Assembly: GCA_913041075.1 (NCBI GenBank)
Contig: CAJWGZ010000001.1
Coordinates: forward strand, 1-39,846
DNA length: 39,846 nucleotides
Source of the DNA: an uncultured Fidelibacterota bacterium
GTDB taxonomy: Bacteria; Fidelibacterota; Marinisomatia; Marinisomatales; TCS55
Reading direction: 5' to 3'
Shown: positions 19,536-28,185 of the stretch, piece by piece
How the letters are laid out: every line of letters starts with the position of its first letter
Numbering within the stretch: position 1 is the stretch's first letter
Program-made: the position numbers and the translations under genes
The notes under the pieces: model-generated
Told to the model about the DNA's origin: nothing
What the model saw: the letters and a program-made list of their open reading frames with translations, nothing else
Database searches by the model: none

Positions 19536-21265
19536 ACGGTTTGGCCATAAAAAAACTGCTATTATTTGGATACTGCATATTGCTGGTAAACCCGATTATT
19601 GCTGGTACGGTTCGTGCTACTGTTGATGCAAATACCGTCACCATGAATGAAACCTTTACCTTTAAAATTGAAGCAGTGGATACTGATAAGATGCCCTCCG
19701 TCAATATATCACCAATGTTAGATAACTTTACCATCGTAAGCGGCCCTGCCCAGCAAACGAATTATTCTTGGGTAAATGGTAAATCTACCTCGACAAAAAG
19801 CTTTACGTGGACGATGGCACCAAATCGTACTGGTACATTAACTATACCTGAGTTAATTGTATCCATCGGTAGAAAAAAATACAAGACTGCCCCTATACGA
19901 ATCAGTGTTAAAAAATCAGGAACTGTAGCCAGTACTGGCGAATTGTTTCTCTTAACAGAAATAGATAAAAGTGAAGCCTTTGTAGGTGAACAAGTAACCG
20001 TTACATACAAATTGTATACCCGGTTACAGCTTGGCCTTGAAAATATCGAATATCCAAAAAGCGTTGGTTTTTGGCAGGAAGACCTATCCATACCTAAACC
20101 ACCACGTTTCAATCGTACAACAATTAAAGGAGTGGAATATCAAGTAGCGACCCTTTACAAAGTAGCCTTGTTTCCTACCAAAACTGGTAATTTGGAAATA
20201 TCGCCTATGAGCGTAACTGCACAAGTTAGAACAAAACAAAAAGGTAAAAGAAAATCCATTTGGGATGACCCATTTTTCAATAGTTTTAATACACGTACTG
20301 TCAAAAAATTAATTCGTACTGATCCTGTCAATATCAAGGTAAAAACCTATCCAGAGGGGCAGCCAGCCGATTTCACGGGTGCCGTTGGTGACTTTAATTT
20401 ACGGTCTTGGGCTGATACCAGTCAGGTCAAGGTGAATGAGGCCATTACTTTGAACATAGAATTACGTGGTACTGGGAATATTAATATGTTCAGTTTACCC
20501 GAAATTAATTTCCCAGGAGATATGGATGTATTTCCCCCAACCTCTTCGTTCGAGCAGGAGAAATTATGGGATCAGTATACAGGCACAATACGTTGGCAAT
20601 ATATTTTAATCCCCAGAAGTGCAGGTCAATATCAATTACCCCGGGTGCAAATATCTTACTTTAATCCAAAAGATAAGTCTTGGAGTAACACGGGGACAAA
20701 ACCCATCGGTTTAATAATTTTGCCAGGTGAAACTGATTTTGTGGGTAGTACATCTGGTTTTACAAAAGAAGAAATATCATTATTGGGCAGTGATATACGT
20801 TATAATATTACCGAAACGCCAGTGTGGATACTTCGCGATCAATCCAAAATACCAATCTGGGTGTGGACGTCGTATGTGTTAGCAGCTCTTTTATTTGTGG
20901 CGCCTATCCCAATTTCTCGTTTCCAAGGGCACCGTATTGAAAACGAACCCATGCGACAATCCAATAAGGCCTTGAAACAGGCATTAAAAGCTCTAAAAAA
21001 GCGCGCAGAAGATCCATTTGCACAGGTTGCTCAAGTCGTCTACCTCTACCTAAAGGACAGGTTCTTTCTTGCTAGCGAACATTTGGATCCTCTGTCTGTC
21101 AATCAAGCATTAATTGGTATCGTCGAAACGAAAGCGCTGGCCAACCTAGTGGATTTATTGAAATTATGTGATGCTGGTCGTTATGGTCCTGAAGCAGCAG
21201 ATACGGAAGAGACGCTTATTAAAGATGCAAAAAATATATTGCATAAAGTAGATTCGAGTAAATGA
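19532..21265 (+). CDS. batD: BatD-like oxygen-tolerance protein
   Basis: About 577 aa. Signal peptide, a beta-rich extracytoplasmic region, one TM helix near residue 440 (IPIWVWTSYVLAALLFVAPI), and a helical cytoplasmic tail. This is the position and architecture of BatD. GTG start overlaps the batC stop. Confidence 0.7.
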   Translation: MNGLAIKKLLLFGYCILLVNPIIAGTVRATVDANTVTMNETFTFKIEAVDTDKMPSVNISPMLDNFTIVSGPAQQTNYSWVNGKSTSTKSFTWTMAPNRTGTLTIPELIVSIGRKKYKTAPIRISVKKSGTVASTGELFLLTEIDKSEAFVGEQVTVTYKLYTRLQLGLENIEYPKSVGFWQEDLSIPKPPRFNRTTIKGVEYQVATLYKVALFPTKTGNLEISPMSVTAQVRTKQKGKRKSIWDDPFFNSFNTRTVKKLIRTDPVNIKVKTYPEGQPADFTGAVGDFNLRSWADTSQVKVNEAITLNIELRGTGNINMFSLPEINFPGDMDVFPPTSSFEQEKLWDQYTGTIRWQYILIPRSAGQYQLPRVQISYFNPKDKSWSNTGTKPIGLIILPGETDFVGSTSGFTKEEISLLGSDIRYNITETPVWILRDQSKIPIWVWTSYVLAALLFVAPIPISRFQGHRIENEPMRQSNKALKQALKALKKRAEDPFAQVAQVVYLYLKDRFFLASEHLDPLSVNQALIGIVETKALANLVDLLKLCDAGRYGPEAADTEETLIKDAKNILHKVDSSK

Positions 21266-22011
21266 TGCGAATAATCGGAATAATATTGTTGGCAATGGTT
21301 TCATTGCGGTCGGATACAATTTCTGCTGATAGTTTATTTGCGCTAGGTAATCGTTATTTTAGCATTGAAAAATATGACTATGCATTAGATGCTTATTCAG
21401 CAATTTTAGAGGAGGTAGAACATCCTGACTTGTACTTTAATATGGGGAACACATTTTATCGTCTAGGAGATATTGGTAAGGCGGTGTGGGCCTATGAAAA
21501 GGGGCTGCAATTTTTGCCTCGTCATAAGGACTTGAACTATAACTTGGATATTGTAAATACACGTGTCCAGGATAGAATTGAGGTGCCGCAGGGATATTTC
21601 TTTATTGAGTGGTACAGTTCGCTTAAGAATAAATACACGTTACAGGATTTGATTGTCTGGGGTGGCCTCATGGTCCTCTTATTTGCTCTTGCTGGGTTTT
21701 TTAAAGAATTTGGAATTTTAGACATGGTTTTCGCTGGCAGAACACAGGTCTTTTTCTTGATTTTAACTGTAGTATTTCATGGTTTGGTGTTGGATAAATA
21801 CTGGGAATTATCTGATCGGGAAGAAGGTGTGGTTGTGTCCCCAGTTGTAAATGTGCGATCGGCTCCCGTAGATCGTGATGAGAAAGTGATTTTTCGCATT
21901 CACGAAGGACTGAAAGTTGATATTGCTCAATCACAGCCAGGGTGGTATGAAATCATATTATTGGATGGTAAAAAAGGATGGATTCCTTATAAATCCTTAT
22001 TAAAACTCTAA
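21262..22011 (+). CDS. batE: BatE-like TPR + SH3b protein
   Basis: TPR segment (YFNMGNTFYRLGDIGKAVWAYEKGLQFLP), two TM helices, and a C-terminal SH3b-like segment (GWYEIILLDGKKGWIPYKSL). ATGA overlap with batD. Confidence 0.65.
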   Translation: MMRIIGIILLAMVSLRSDTISADSLFALGNRYFSIEKYDYALDAYSAILEEVEHPDLYFNMGNTFYRLGDIGKAVWAYEKGLQFLPRHKDLNYNLDIVNTRVQDRIEVPQGYFFIEWYSSLKNKYTLQDLIVWGGLMVLLFALAGFFKEFGILDMVFAGRTQVFFLILTVVFHGLVLDKYWELSDREEGVVVSPVVNVRSAPVDRDEKVIFRIHEGLKVDIAQSQPGWYEIILLDGKKGWIPYKSLLKL

Positions 22012-22448
22012 TGCATAAACTGGTTTTCTTAATCCTGCTATACGTCCCTCTATTATCCCAGGAAATTCAGGTAATTGACCATAAGATCGTCAAAGATATA
22101 CAACCTAATTGGCCAGTAATTATAAATAACGTTCTTGATGATTCTACATCATTTGAATTTTTACTTTCGCTGGATTCAGTACAATCTGTATCGGAAGGGT
22201 ATCGTGTACAGGTGCTGGCTACACGGTACTTCGAGAGGGCAGAGAGTCTTGCTGTAATTATGAAAAATACTGTTAGTGATAGTGTATATGTGGATTTTGA
22301 AGCGCCAAATTATAAAGTAAGAATTGGTGATTTTATTGACCGGGATTCAGCGGAATCATTGCAGCAAGAGTTAGTGCAAATGGGTTATAATTCAGCCTGG
22401 ATATTGCGCGCGAGGATCAATTCGCAGGCTAGTAGAATAAATTATTAA
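22011..22448 (+). CDS. SPOR-domain (peptidoglycan-binding) protein
   Basis: Signal peptide. The C-terminal GYRVQVLATRYFERAESLA ... YKVRIGDFIDRDSAESLQQELVQMGY..AWIL fits the SPOR repeat pattern. TAATG overlap with batE. Confidence 0.75.
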   Translation: MHKLVFLILLYVPLLSQEIQVIDHKIVKDIQPNWPVIINNVLDDSTSFEFLLSLDSVQSVSEGYRVQVLATRYFERAESLAVIMKNTVSDSVYVDFEAPNYKVRIGDFIDRDSAESLQQELVQMGYNSAWILRARINSQASRINY

Positions 22449-22454
22449 TTTTTT

Positions 22455-23165
22455 TTATCCACCAAAGATGAATGAAATTTTAAAAAAAGTATTGGACAAT
22501 CCTACTTCTTGTTTATCAGCTACAGGTGATTTATTTGCTTCCCAGCCATTTGGGTCATAAAAGGTCAGGAAATACCCAAGGCTCAGGTCAAACCCAAACC
22601 AAGGTGTAAGGGGATAACGTAATGAAAGATAGGGATTTACTACAGTGATTGTAGTAGATATTTTATTGGTTACATAACTTGGATCAGACCCGCCATCACC
22701 AAATGAATTCCATATATTTGACCAACTTTTTGTTCCAGAATCCTTTATCACATTTAAACTTGTTTCACCAAAATACATCCCAACACCCAGGTTAAGTTCA
22801 AGATTGCCATAGGGCCGGTAGTTTGATTCTAAATAGGGGCCAACCATAGTTGATGAAAGACTTAGAGTTCTATTAACAGTCGAATTTGTAGTGTCAGCTC
22901 CGTTAATCTGTACATTTCCTGTGAATCCAGCTCCACCAATATATATTCTATCATATACGTTAACTGCACCACCACCACCATTAAGAAATATTGCTTTTTC
23001 AAATTTGCCCATGCCGTATTCTGGTTTACTTTGAAGATTTAATGAAGTCCAGTTAATAGACCAAAGTCCTACCATATATCCGCCATAAGCTTTGTAAGCC
23101 TGTCCAGTGACGTTTGTGCTAAGTGCAATTAGTAGTGGAAAAACTAGTAAATTTTTCTTTAGCAT
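22455..23165 (-). CDS. Hypothetical outer-membrane beta-barrel protein
   Basis: Signal peptide MLKKNLLVFPLLIALSTNVTGQA, then G/Y/N/S-rich alternating strands throughout. GGAG ribosome-binding site 9-12 nt upstream on the - strand. Confidence 0.6.
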   Translation of the reverse strand: MLKKNLLVFPLLIALSTNVTGQAYKAYGGYMVGLWSINWTSLNLQSKPEYGMGKFEKAIFLNGGGGAVNVYDRIYIGGAGFTGNVQINGADTTNSTVNRTLSLSSTMVGPYLESNYRPYGNLELNLGVGMYFGETSLNVIKDSGTKSWSNIWNSFGDGGSDPSYVTNKISTTITVVNPYLSLRYPLTPWFGFDLSLGYFLTFYDPNGWEANKSPVADKQEVGLSNTFFKISFIFGG

Positions 23166-23280
23166 AATTTTTTACTCCAATTCGTTAAATATGCTATTAC
23201 GTTTTCAATGCGGAAGTAATCTTAAAGCTAATATTAATCAATAAAATTGGAAATAGGTAGTATTCAAGACATCGGATATA

Positions 23281-23820
23281 CTATTTGGGGTAATAATATG
23301 GCCAAATTAGGGCATCCAACAGCATCGTTTGGATACAAAAGAAGATTAAACCGATTATACTGGCAAAATACAGCCAGCTAGAGCGGTCAAAATTTGAAGT
23401 GAAAAATGAAGCCAACAGCGCAACTGAGGAAAATCCCACTGTAAATAAAACCAACCTGATAATGATCCATAATAATGGAGTAGGGTTTTCAATCATAGCA
23501 AAGGTCAGATAAATCCAGATTGCGGATGGTATGATTATACCTGCATATAAAATGTTTATCGCCCAAAATCCATAGCGGCCAAACAGTTTAACGGATTCCG
23601 TGGATATATGGAATAAGATATATCCTGTAAAGAAAAAATACCCACCTGCGGCCAAAAACATAAAAATAGTGTAATATAGCCTTAATGAATCCGGGATTGA
23701 TCCCCATAACCCACCACGGATTGAAGGGTTTGTAATTAATCCATGGGCATAGGATCCAAGCACGCAGAGCCCTCCAAATCCATTAATTAAATAAAAGAGG
23801 ATGAGTTGTTTATCAGCCAT
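23281..23820 (-). CDS. Hypothetical polytopic inner-membrane protein
   Basis: 179 aa with about 5 hydrophobic helices. I recognise no family motif. Confidence 0.55.
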   Translation of the reverse strand: MADKQLILFYLINGFGGLCVLGSYAHGLITNPSIRGGLWGSIPDSLRLYYTIFMFLAAGGYFFFTGYILFHISTESVKLFGRYGFWAINILYAGIIIPSAIWIYLTFAMIENPTPLLWIIIRLVLFTVGFSSVALLASFFTSNFDRSSWLYFASIIGLIFFCIQTMLLDALIWPYYYPK

Positions 23821-23945
23821 AATTATATCCGTACAATTTTAACCACAGATTAATCGCATTTATCAGTACAACTTGGGTCGGAATTTATTCATATTTACAG
23901 TGAAATACTCGGCCATTTTGAAATAAATTACAAAGATATCTGCCA

Positions 23946-23975
23946 TTGACACCGGTTAGTATACCGTCGTAATTT
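23946..23975 (+). promoter_or_regulatory. Candidate sigma-70-type promoter for uvrB
   Basis: TTGACA (23946-23951), an 18-nt spacer, then TAATTT (23970-23975). The -10 element ends 7 nt before the uvrB ATG at 23983. No Shine-Dalgarno sequence is visible. Confidence 0.3.
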
Positions 23976-23982
23976 CGCCATT

Positions 23983-25983
23983 ATGGCAGAGTTTAATTTG
24001 CAAAGCGAATTTAACCCGGAAGGAGATCAGCCCCAGGCAATTAAAGCGCTTGTATCTGGATTGAACAATAATGCAAAACATCAAACGTTGCTTGGTATAA
24101 CTGGTTCCGGTAAAACGTTCACCATGGCAAATGTCATCCAGCATGTGCAGCGACCAACGTTGATTATTTCTCATAATAAAACGCTAGCAGCACAATTATA
24201 TGGAGAATTCAAATTACTTTTTCCTGATAATGCAGTGGAATTCTTCATCAGTTATTACGACTATTATCAGCCGGAAGCTTATATGCCTGTTACAGATACA
24301 TTTATTGAAAAGGACATGTCTGTCAATGAGGAAATTGATATTCTACGACTAAAAGCCACAAGTTCCTTGCTAGCACGGGATGATGTGATCGTTGTGAGTT
24401 CTGTTTCCTGCATATATGGAATAGGATCACCGGAGGAGTATCGTGATAAGGTTATCCAAATTCGTAAAGGGGACCAACTGAATCGAAAGGATTTCTTCCG
24501 TAAACTGGTAAATATTCATTATAACCGCAATGATTCTGTTTTTGAGCGAGGGACCTTTCGTGTCCGCGGTGACGTGATTGAAGTATATCTGGCCTACGAA
24601 GATGTTGGCATCCGTTTGGAAATGTTTGGTGACACTATTGATTCGGTCACAAGGTTTAATCCACTAACTGGCGAAATTACCAAGGAAATGGCCAATGAAT
24701 TCGTATATCCGGCCAAGCATTTTGTTACGGATAGGGAATCAATCAATCAGATCACAATGGAAATTCGAAAGGAACTTGTTAACCGGTTGGAAGAATTGCG
24801 GTCTAGTGATAAACTATTGGAAGCGCAACGACTAGAACAACGTACAAACTTTGATTTAGAGATGATGATGGAGGTCGGGTATTGTTCTGGAATAGAAAAT
24901 TATTCCCGCTATTTTTCCGGACGAAAACCTGGAGAAAGGCCCTATACATTGATTGATTTTTTCCCAGATAACTTTTTAACAATTATCGATGAATCCCATG
25001 TAACATTGCCCCAAATAAAAGGCATGTATAATGGCGACCGCGCCCGTAAAGAGGTGTTGGTAGAACATGGCTTTCGCCTGCCGAGTGCTATGGATAATAG
25101 ACCTTTACAAGTCACCGAATTCATGCCGTTGCAAAATCAACTGGTATATGTTTCTGCTACGCCTAGGGATAAGGAACTTGAATTATGTGGAGGTGAGGTA
25201 GTAGAGCAAATTATTCGCCCAACCGGATTGCTAGATCCGCGGGTAGAAGTAAGGGGTACTCATGGTCAAATAGATGACCTGATCGGAGAGGTACGCACTA
25301 GAGCAAACCGCAATGAGCGGGTTTTGGTCACCACTCTGACCAAACGTATGGCAGAAGATTTGAGTGAGTATTTACGAGGTGTCAATTTACGAGTTAGATA
25401 TTTGCATAGCGATATTGTTTCCCTAGAGCGCGTGAAAATTTTACGTGACTTACGTTTAGGAGAGTTTGATGTATTAGTTGGTATAAATCTTTTACGGGAA
25501 GGGCTTGATTTACCCGAGGTTTCTCTTGTAGCTGTTTTGGATGCTGACAAACAAGGTTTTCTTAGAAGTCATACCTCATTAATGCAAGTTGCTGGACGGG
25601 CAGCTCGCCATCAAGAGGGAATGGTTATATTATATGCAGATAAAGTGTCAGCAGCTATGGATCATCTGCTTCGTGAAACGGAGCGCCGTAGAGAAATACA
25701 AAAGTCATATAATCAAAAAAAGGGTATAATTCCATCGACAATCTATAAATCCGTTGAAGATATTATGTCCACTACAGCTGTGGCTGATTCGATCCAAGAT
25801 GATAACTATAAACCTATAAAAAACCGCAAGGGCGATGATTTTAGCAAAATGGATAAACAGCTAGCTGTCGATATGATGCGTAAGGAAATGTTGGAAGCGG
25901 CTGAAAATCTCGAATTTGAAAAAGCAGCAAAACTTCGTGATGAGGTTCAAAAACTGGAAAAGGAATTAGAGGGCATATTTTAA
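23983..25983 (+). CDS. uvrB: Excinuclease ABC subunit B
   Basis: GITGSGKTFTMA Walker A, YYDYYQPEAY beta-hairpin region, IIDESHVT, and the C-terminal UVR motif LEFEKAAKLRDE. Confidence 0.95.
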   Translation: MAEFNLQSEFNPEGDQPQAIKALVSGLNNNAKHQTLLGITGSGKTFTMANVIQHVQRPTLIISHNKTLAAQLYGEFKLLFPDNAVEFFISYYDYYQPEAYMPVTDTFIEKDMSVNEEIDILRLKATSSLLARDDVIVVSSVSCIYGIGSPEEYRDKVIQIRKGDQLNRKDFFRKLVNIHYNRNDSVFERGTFRVRGDVIEVYLAYEDVGIRLEMFGDTIDSVTRFNPLTGEITKEMANEFVYPAKHFVTDRESINQITMEIRKELVNRLEELRSSDKLLEAQRLEQRTNFDLEMMMEVGYCSGIENYSRYFSGRKPGERPYTLIDFFPDNFLTIIDESHVTLPQIKGMYNGDRARKEVLVEHGFRLPSAMDNRPLQVTEFMPLQNQLVYVSATPRDKELELCGGEVVEQIIRPTGLLDPRVEVRGTHGQIDDLIGEVRTRANRNERVLVTTLTKRMAEDLSEYLRGVNLRVRYLHSDIVSLERVKILRDLRLGEFDVLVGINLLREGLDLPEVSLVAVLDADKQGFLRSHTSLMQVAGRAARHQEGMVILYADKVSAAMDHLLRETERRREIQKSYNQKKGIIPSTIYKSVEDIMSTTAVADSIQDDNYKPIKNRKGDDFSKMDKQLAVDMMRKEMLEAAENLEFEKAAKLRDEVQKLEKELEGIF

Positions 25984-26952
25984 ATGAAAGTATTTGTCAC
26001 TGGTGGGGCAGGGTACATCGGTTCCCATATTACACTTGAGTTGCTTGAAGCGGGCCATGATGTTACCGTTTATGATGATTTATCCTTAGGATTTAAGGAG
26101 AATGTGGATAATAGAGCACAGTTTATAGAAGGCTCGACACTGGATAAAAATTGCTTGAAAAAATCGCTGGTAAACGAATTTGATGCAGTAGTGCATATGG
26201 CAGCATTCAAAGCTGCGGGTGAGTCGATGACTGACCCAGGAAAATATTCACAAAATAATTTAAATGGGACCATAAATCTCTTAAACGCTATGACTGAACT
26301 TGGTGTAAAAGATCTTATTTTTTCATCCACGGCTGCTGTTTATGGTTATCCAAATTATTTACCTGTAGATGAAGCCCATGACCTAAAACCAATAAACTTT
26401 TACGGCTATACAAAACTAGTCATTGAACAAATCATGCAATGGTATGCTGACCTGACGGGATTACGTTATGTGGCATTACGATATTTCAATGCTGCTGGTT
26501 ATGATATCACCGGCAGAATTAGGTGTATAGAACGAAATCCAGCCAATTTGTTGCCTATAGTAATGGAATTGGCCAGTGGGCGTAAAGAATCCATGGAAGT
26601 ATTTGGTAATGATTATAATACGGTTGACGGAACCGGTGTACGCGATTACATACACGTCAGTGATCTGGCAACTGCTCATGTAAAAGCGCTCGATTATTTA
26701 TCTCAAAATGAAAAATGCGTAACACTCAATCTAGCTACTGGCGAAGGTTATTCTGTTCTTGAAGTCATTAAAAAAGCGGAAGAAATATCGGGGAAAAATA
26801 TAACTTATGATATTGTGAAGAGAAGACCAGGTGATCCTGCCAAATTAGTAGCCACCTCAAAGCTGGCATTTGATTTGCTTGACTGGGATCCTAAATATTC
26901 CAGCCTGGAAACGTTACTAAGTAGTATGTGGAATATTTACAAAAATGAATAA
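25984..26952 (+). CDS. galE: UDP-glucose 4-epimerase
   Basis: VTGGAGYIGSH Rossmann motif and YGYTK catalytic YxxxK. 322 aa. The start abuts the uvrB stop (TAAATG). Confidence 0.88.
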   Translation: MKVFVTGGAGYIGSHITLELLEAGHDVTVYDDLSLGFKENVDNRAQFIEGSTLDKNCLKKSLVNEFDAVVHMAAFKAAGESMTDPGKYSQNNLNGTINLLNAMTELGVKDLIFSSTAAVYGYPNYLPVDEAHDLKPINFYGYTKLVIEQIMQWYADLTGLRYVALRYFNAAGYDITGRIRCIERNPANLLPIVMELASGRKESMEVFGNDYNTVDGTGVRDYIHVSDLATAHVKALDYLSQNEKCVTLNLATGEGYSVLEVIKKAEEISGKNITYDIVKRRPGDPAKLVATSKLAFDLLDWDPKYSSLETLLSSMWNIYKNE

Positions 26953-26967
26953 GAGAACCTAGATCCT

Positions 26968-28185
26968 ATGATTGACATTGAAAAATTACAATCAACCTCA
27001 GGAATCATCGGAAGTTCTGATGGGATACGTCAGGTTTTCGAAATGATCGCTCAGGTTGCTCCTGTTGATATTACGGTATTAATCGCAGGCGAATCTGGTA
27101 CAGGAAAAGAAATGGTGGCCAAGGCGATCCATAAATTCAGTCGCCGTGCGCAAAATGAAATGGTTACAGTAAATTGTGGTGCCATTCCTACTGGTATCAT
27201 TGAAAGTGAATTATTTGGTCATAAGAAGGGTGCATTTACTGGTGCAAATGAGGATCGCAAAGGATATTTTGAAACAGCTAACAAGGGTACCATCTTCCTT
27301 GATGAAATTGGTGAAACTCCTTTGGAAACACAGGTAAAGCTGCTGCGCGTATCAGAAACCGGAGAATTTATCCGGGTCGGTGATTCCAAGACACTATATA
27401 CGGATGTAAGGGTCATTGCAGCAACCAACAAAGATCTTAGCGATCTTGTTGAAAAGAACAAGTTTCGTCAGGATTTATATTTCCGGCTAAAAACTGTACA
27501 AGTTGATTTACCACCTTTACGTCAGCGGGTTGAAGATATTTCACTACTGGTGGAACGATTTGCCCTTGAATTTACCCGGGGGAATGATATACCCTATCGA
27601 GGATTCGTACCTGAAGCTATCCGGGTCATGAAAAACTACAATTGGCCTGGTAATGTGCGCGAATTGAAAAATTTTGTAGAAAGTATGCTTGTCCTACAGA
27701 AAGGCGAACGAATTACAGTGGAAATGGTAGAAGAAAAGCTTGGTTCATTCCAACAGATTAGAAACGATAACCTACCTGTCCTTGTGAACCAGTCATCCGA
27801 GCAGGCGGAGCGGGAACTTATTCTCCGGCAATTGTTATTGCTGCGACAGGATGTCAATCTTATAAAGGATGCAATCGGTGGAAGTAATTCTCCTAATGCG
27901 CCGCCAACAAACGTATCATTTTTTCCTCCGGAAGAAAATGCGCGACTGCGAGACCACATGCACATAGATGAGGAAGGACAAAAACTTGTACGGGATGATG
28001 CTATAGGTGATATGCATTTAGAAGACCTTGAACGGGAAGCGATCATTAGAACACTGCAATATTATAATAACAACCGTCGTAAAGCAGCAAAGTCGCTCGG
28101 TATGAGTGAACGAACTTTATATCGTAAAATCAATGATTATGAACTTGGTCGGAAGAATAAGCTGCCCAAATCACTGAGCGAATGA
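26968..28185 (+). CDS. Sigma-54-dependent transcriptional activator lacking an N-terminal sensor/receiver domain
   Basis: The AAA+ domain begins within about 15 residues of the N-terminus. Contains GESGTGKE, GAFTGA, FLDEIGE, and a C-terminal Fis-type HTH (AAKSLGMSERTLYRKI). Confidence 0.88.
   Translation: MIDIEKLQSTSGIIGSSDGIRQVFEMIAQVAPVDITVLIAGESGTGKEMVAKAIHKFSRRAQNEMVTVNCGAIPTGIIESELFGHKKGAFTGANEDRKGYFETANKGTIFLDEIGETPLETQVKLLRVSETGEFIRVGDSKTLYTDVRVIAATNKDLSDLVEKNKFRQDLYFRLKTVQVDLPPLRQRVEDISLLVERFALEFTRGNDIPYRGFVPEAIRVMKNYNWPGNVRELKNFVESMLVLQKGERITVEMVEEKLGSFQQIRNDNLPVLVNQSSEQAERELILRQLLLLRQDVNLIKDAIGGSNSPNAPPTNVSFFPPEENARLRDHMHIDEEGQKLVRDDAIGDMHLEDLEREAIIRTLQYYNNNRRKAAKSLGMSERTLYRKINDYELGRKNKLPKSLSE

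Noticed and set aside
23898-23945. AATTTATT ... AATAAATT 8-bp inverted arms separated by about 32 nt in the region upstream of uvrB (coordinates approximate).
   Set aside because: The arms are AT-only in an AT-rich intergenic region with a long, unstructured spacer. This is expected by chance.
23953-23966. CGGT-N6-ACCG inverted repeat inside the putative uvrB promoter spacer, considered as an SOS/LexA-type operator.
   Set aside because: The arms are only 4 bp. The sequence does not resemble the CTGT-N8-ACAG or GAAC-N4-GTTC LexA boxes, and it could easily arise by chance.
27636-28046. A 136-aa antisense ORF inside the sigma-54 activator gene. Similar antisense ORFs occur at 15535-15894 in pssA and 28804-29151 in asnS.
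   Set aside because: The sense strands encode strongly motif-supported proteins. The antisense products are Ser/Arg-rich with no recognisable features.
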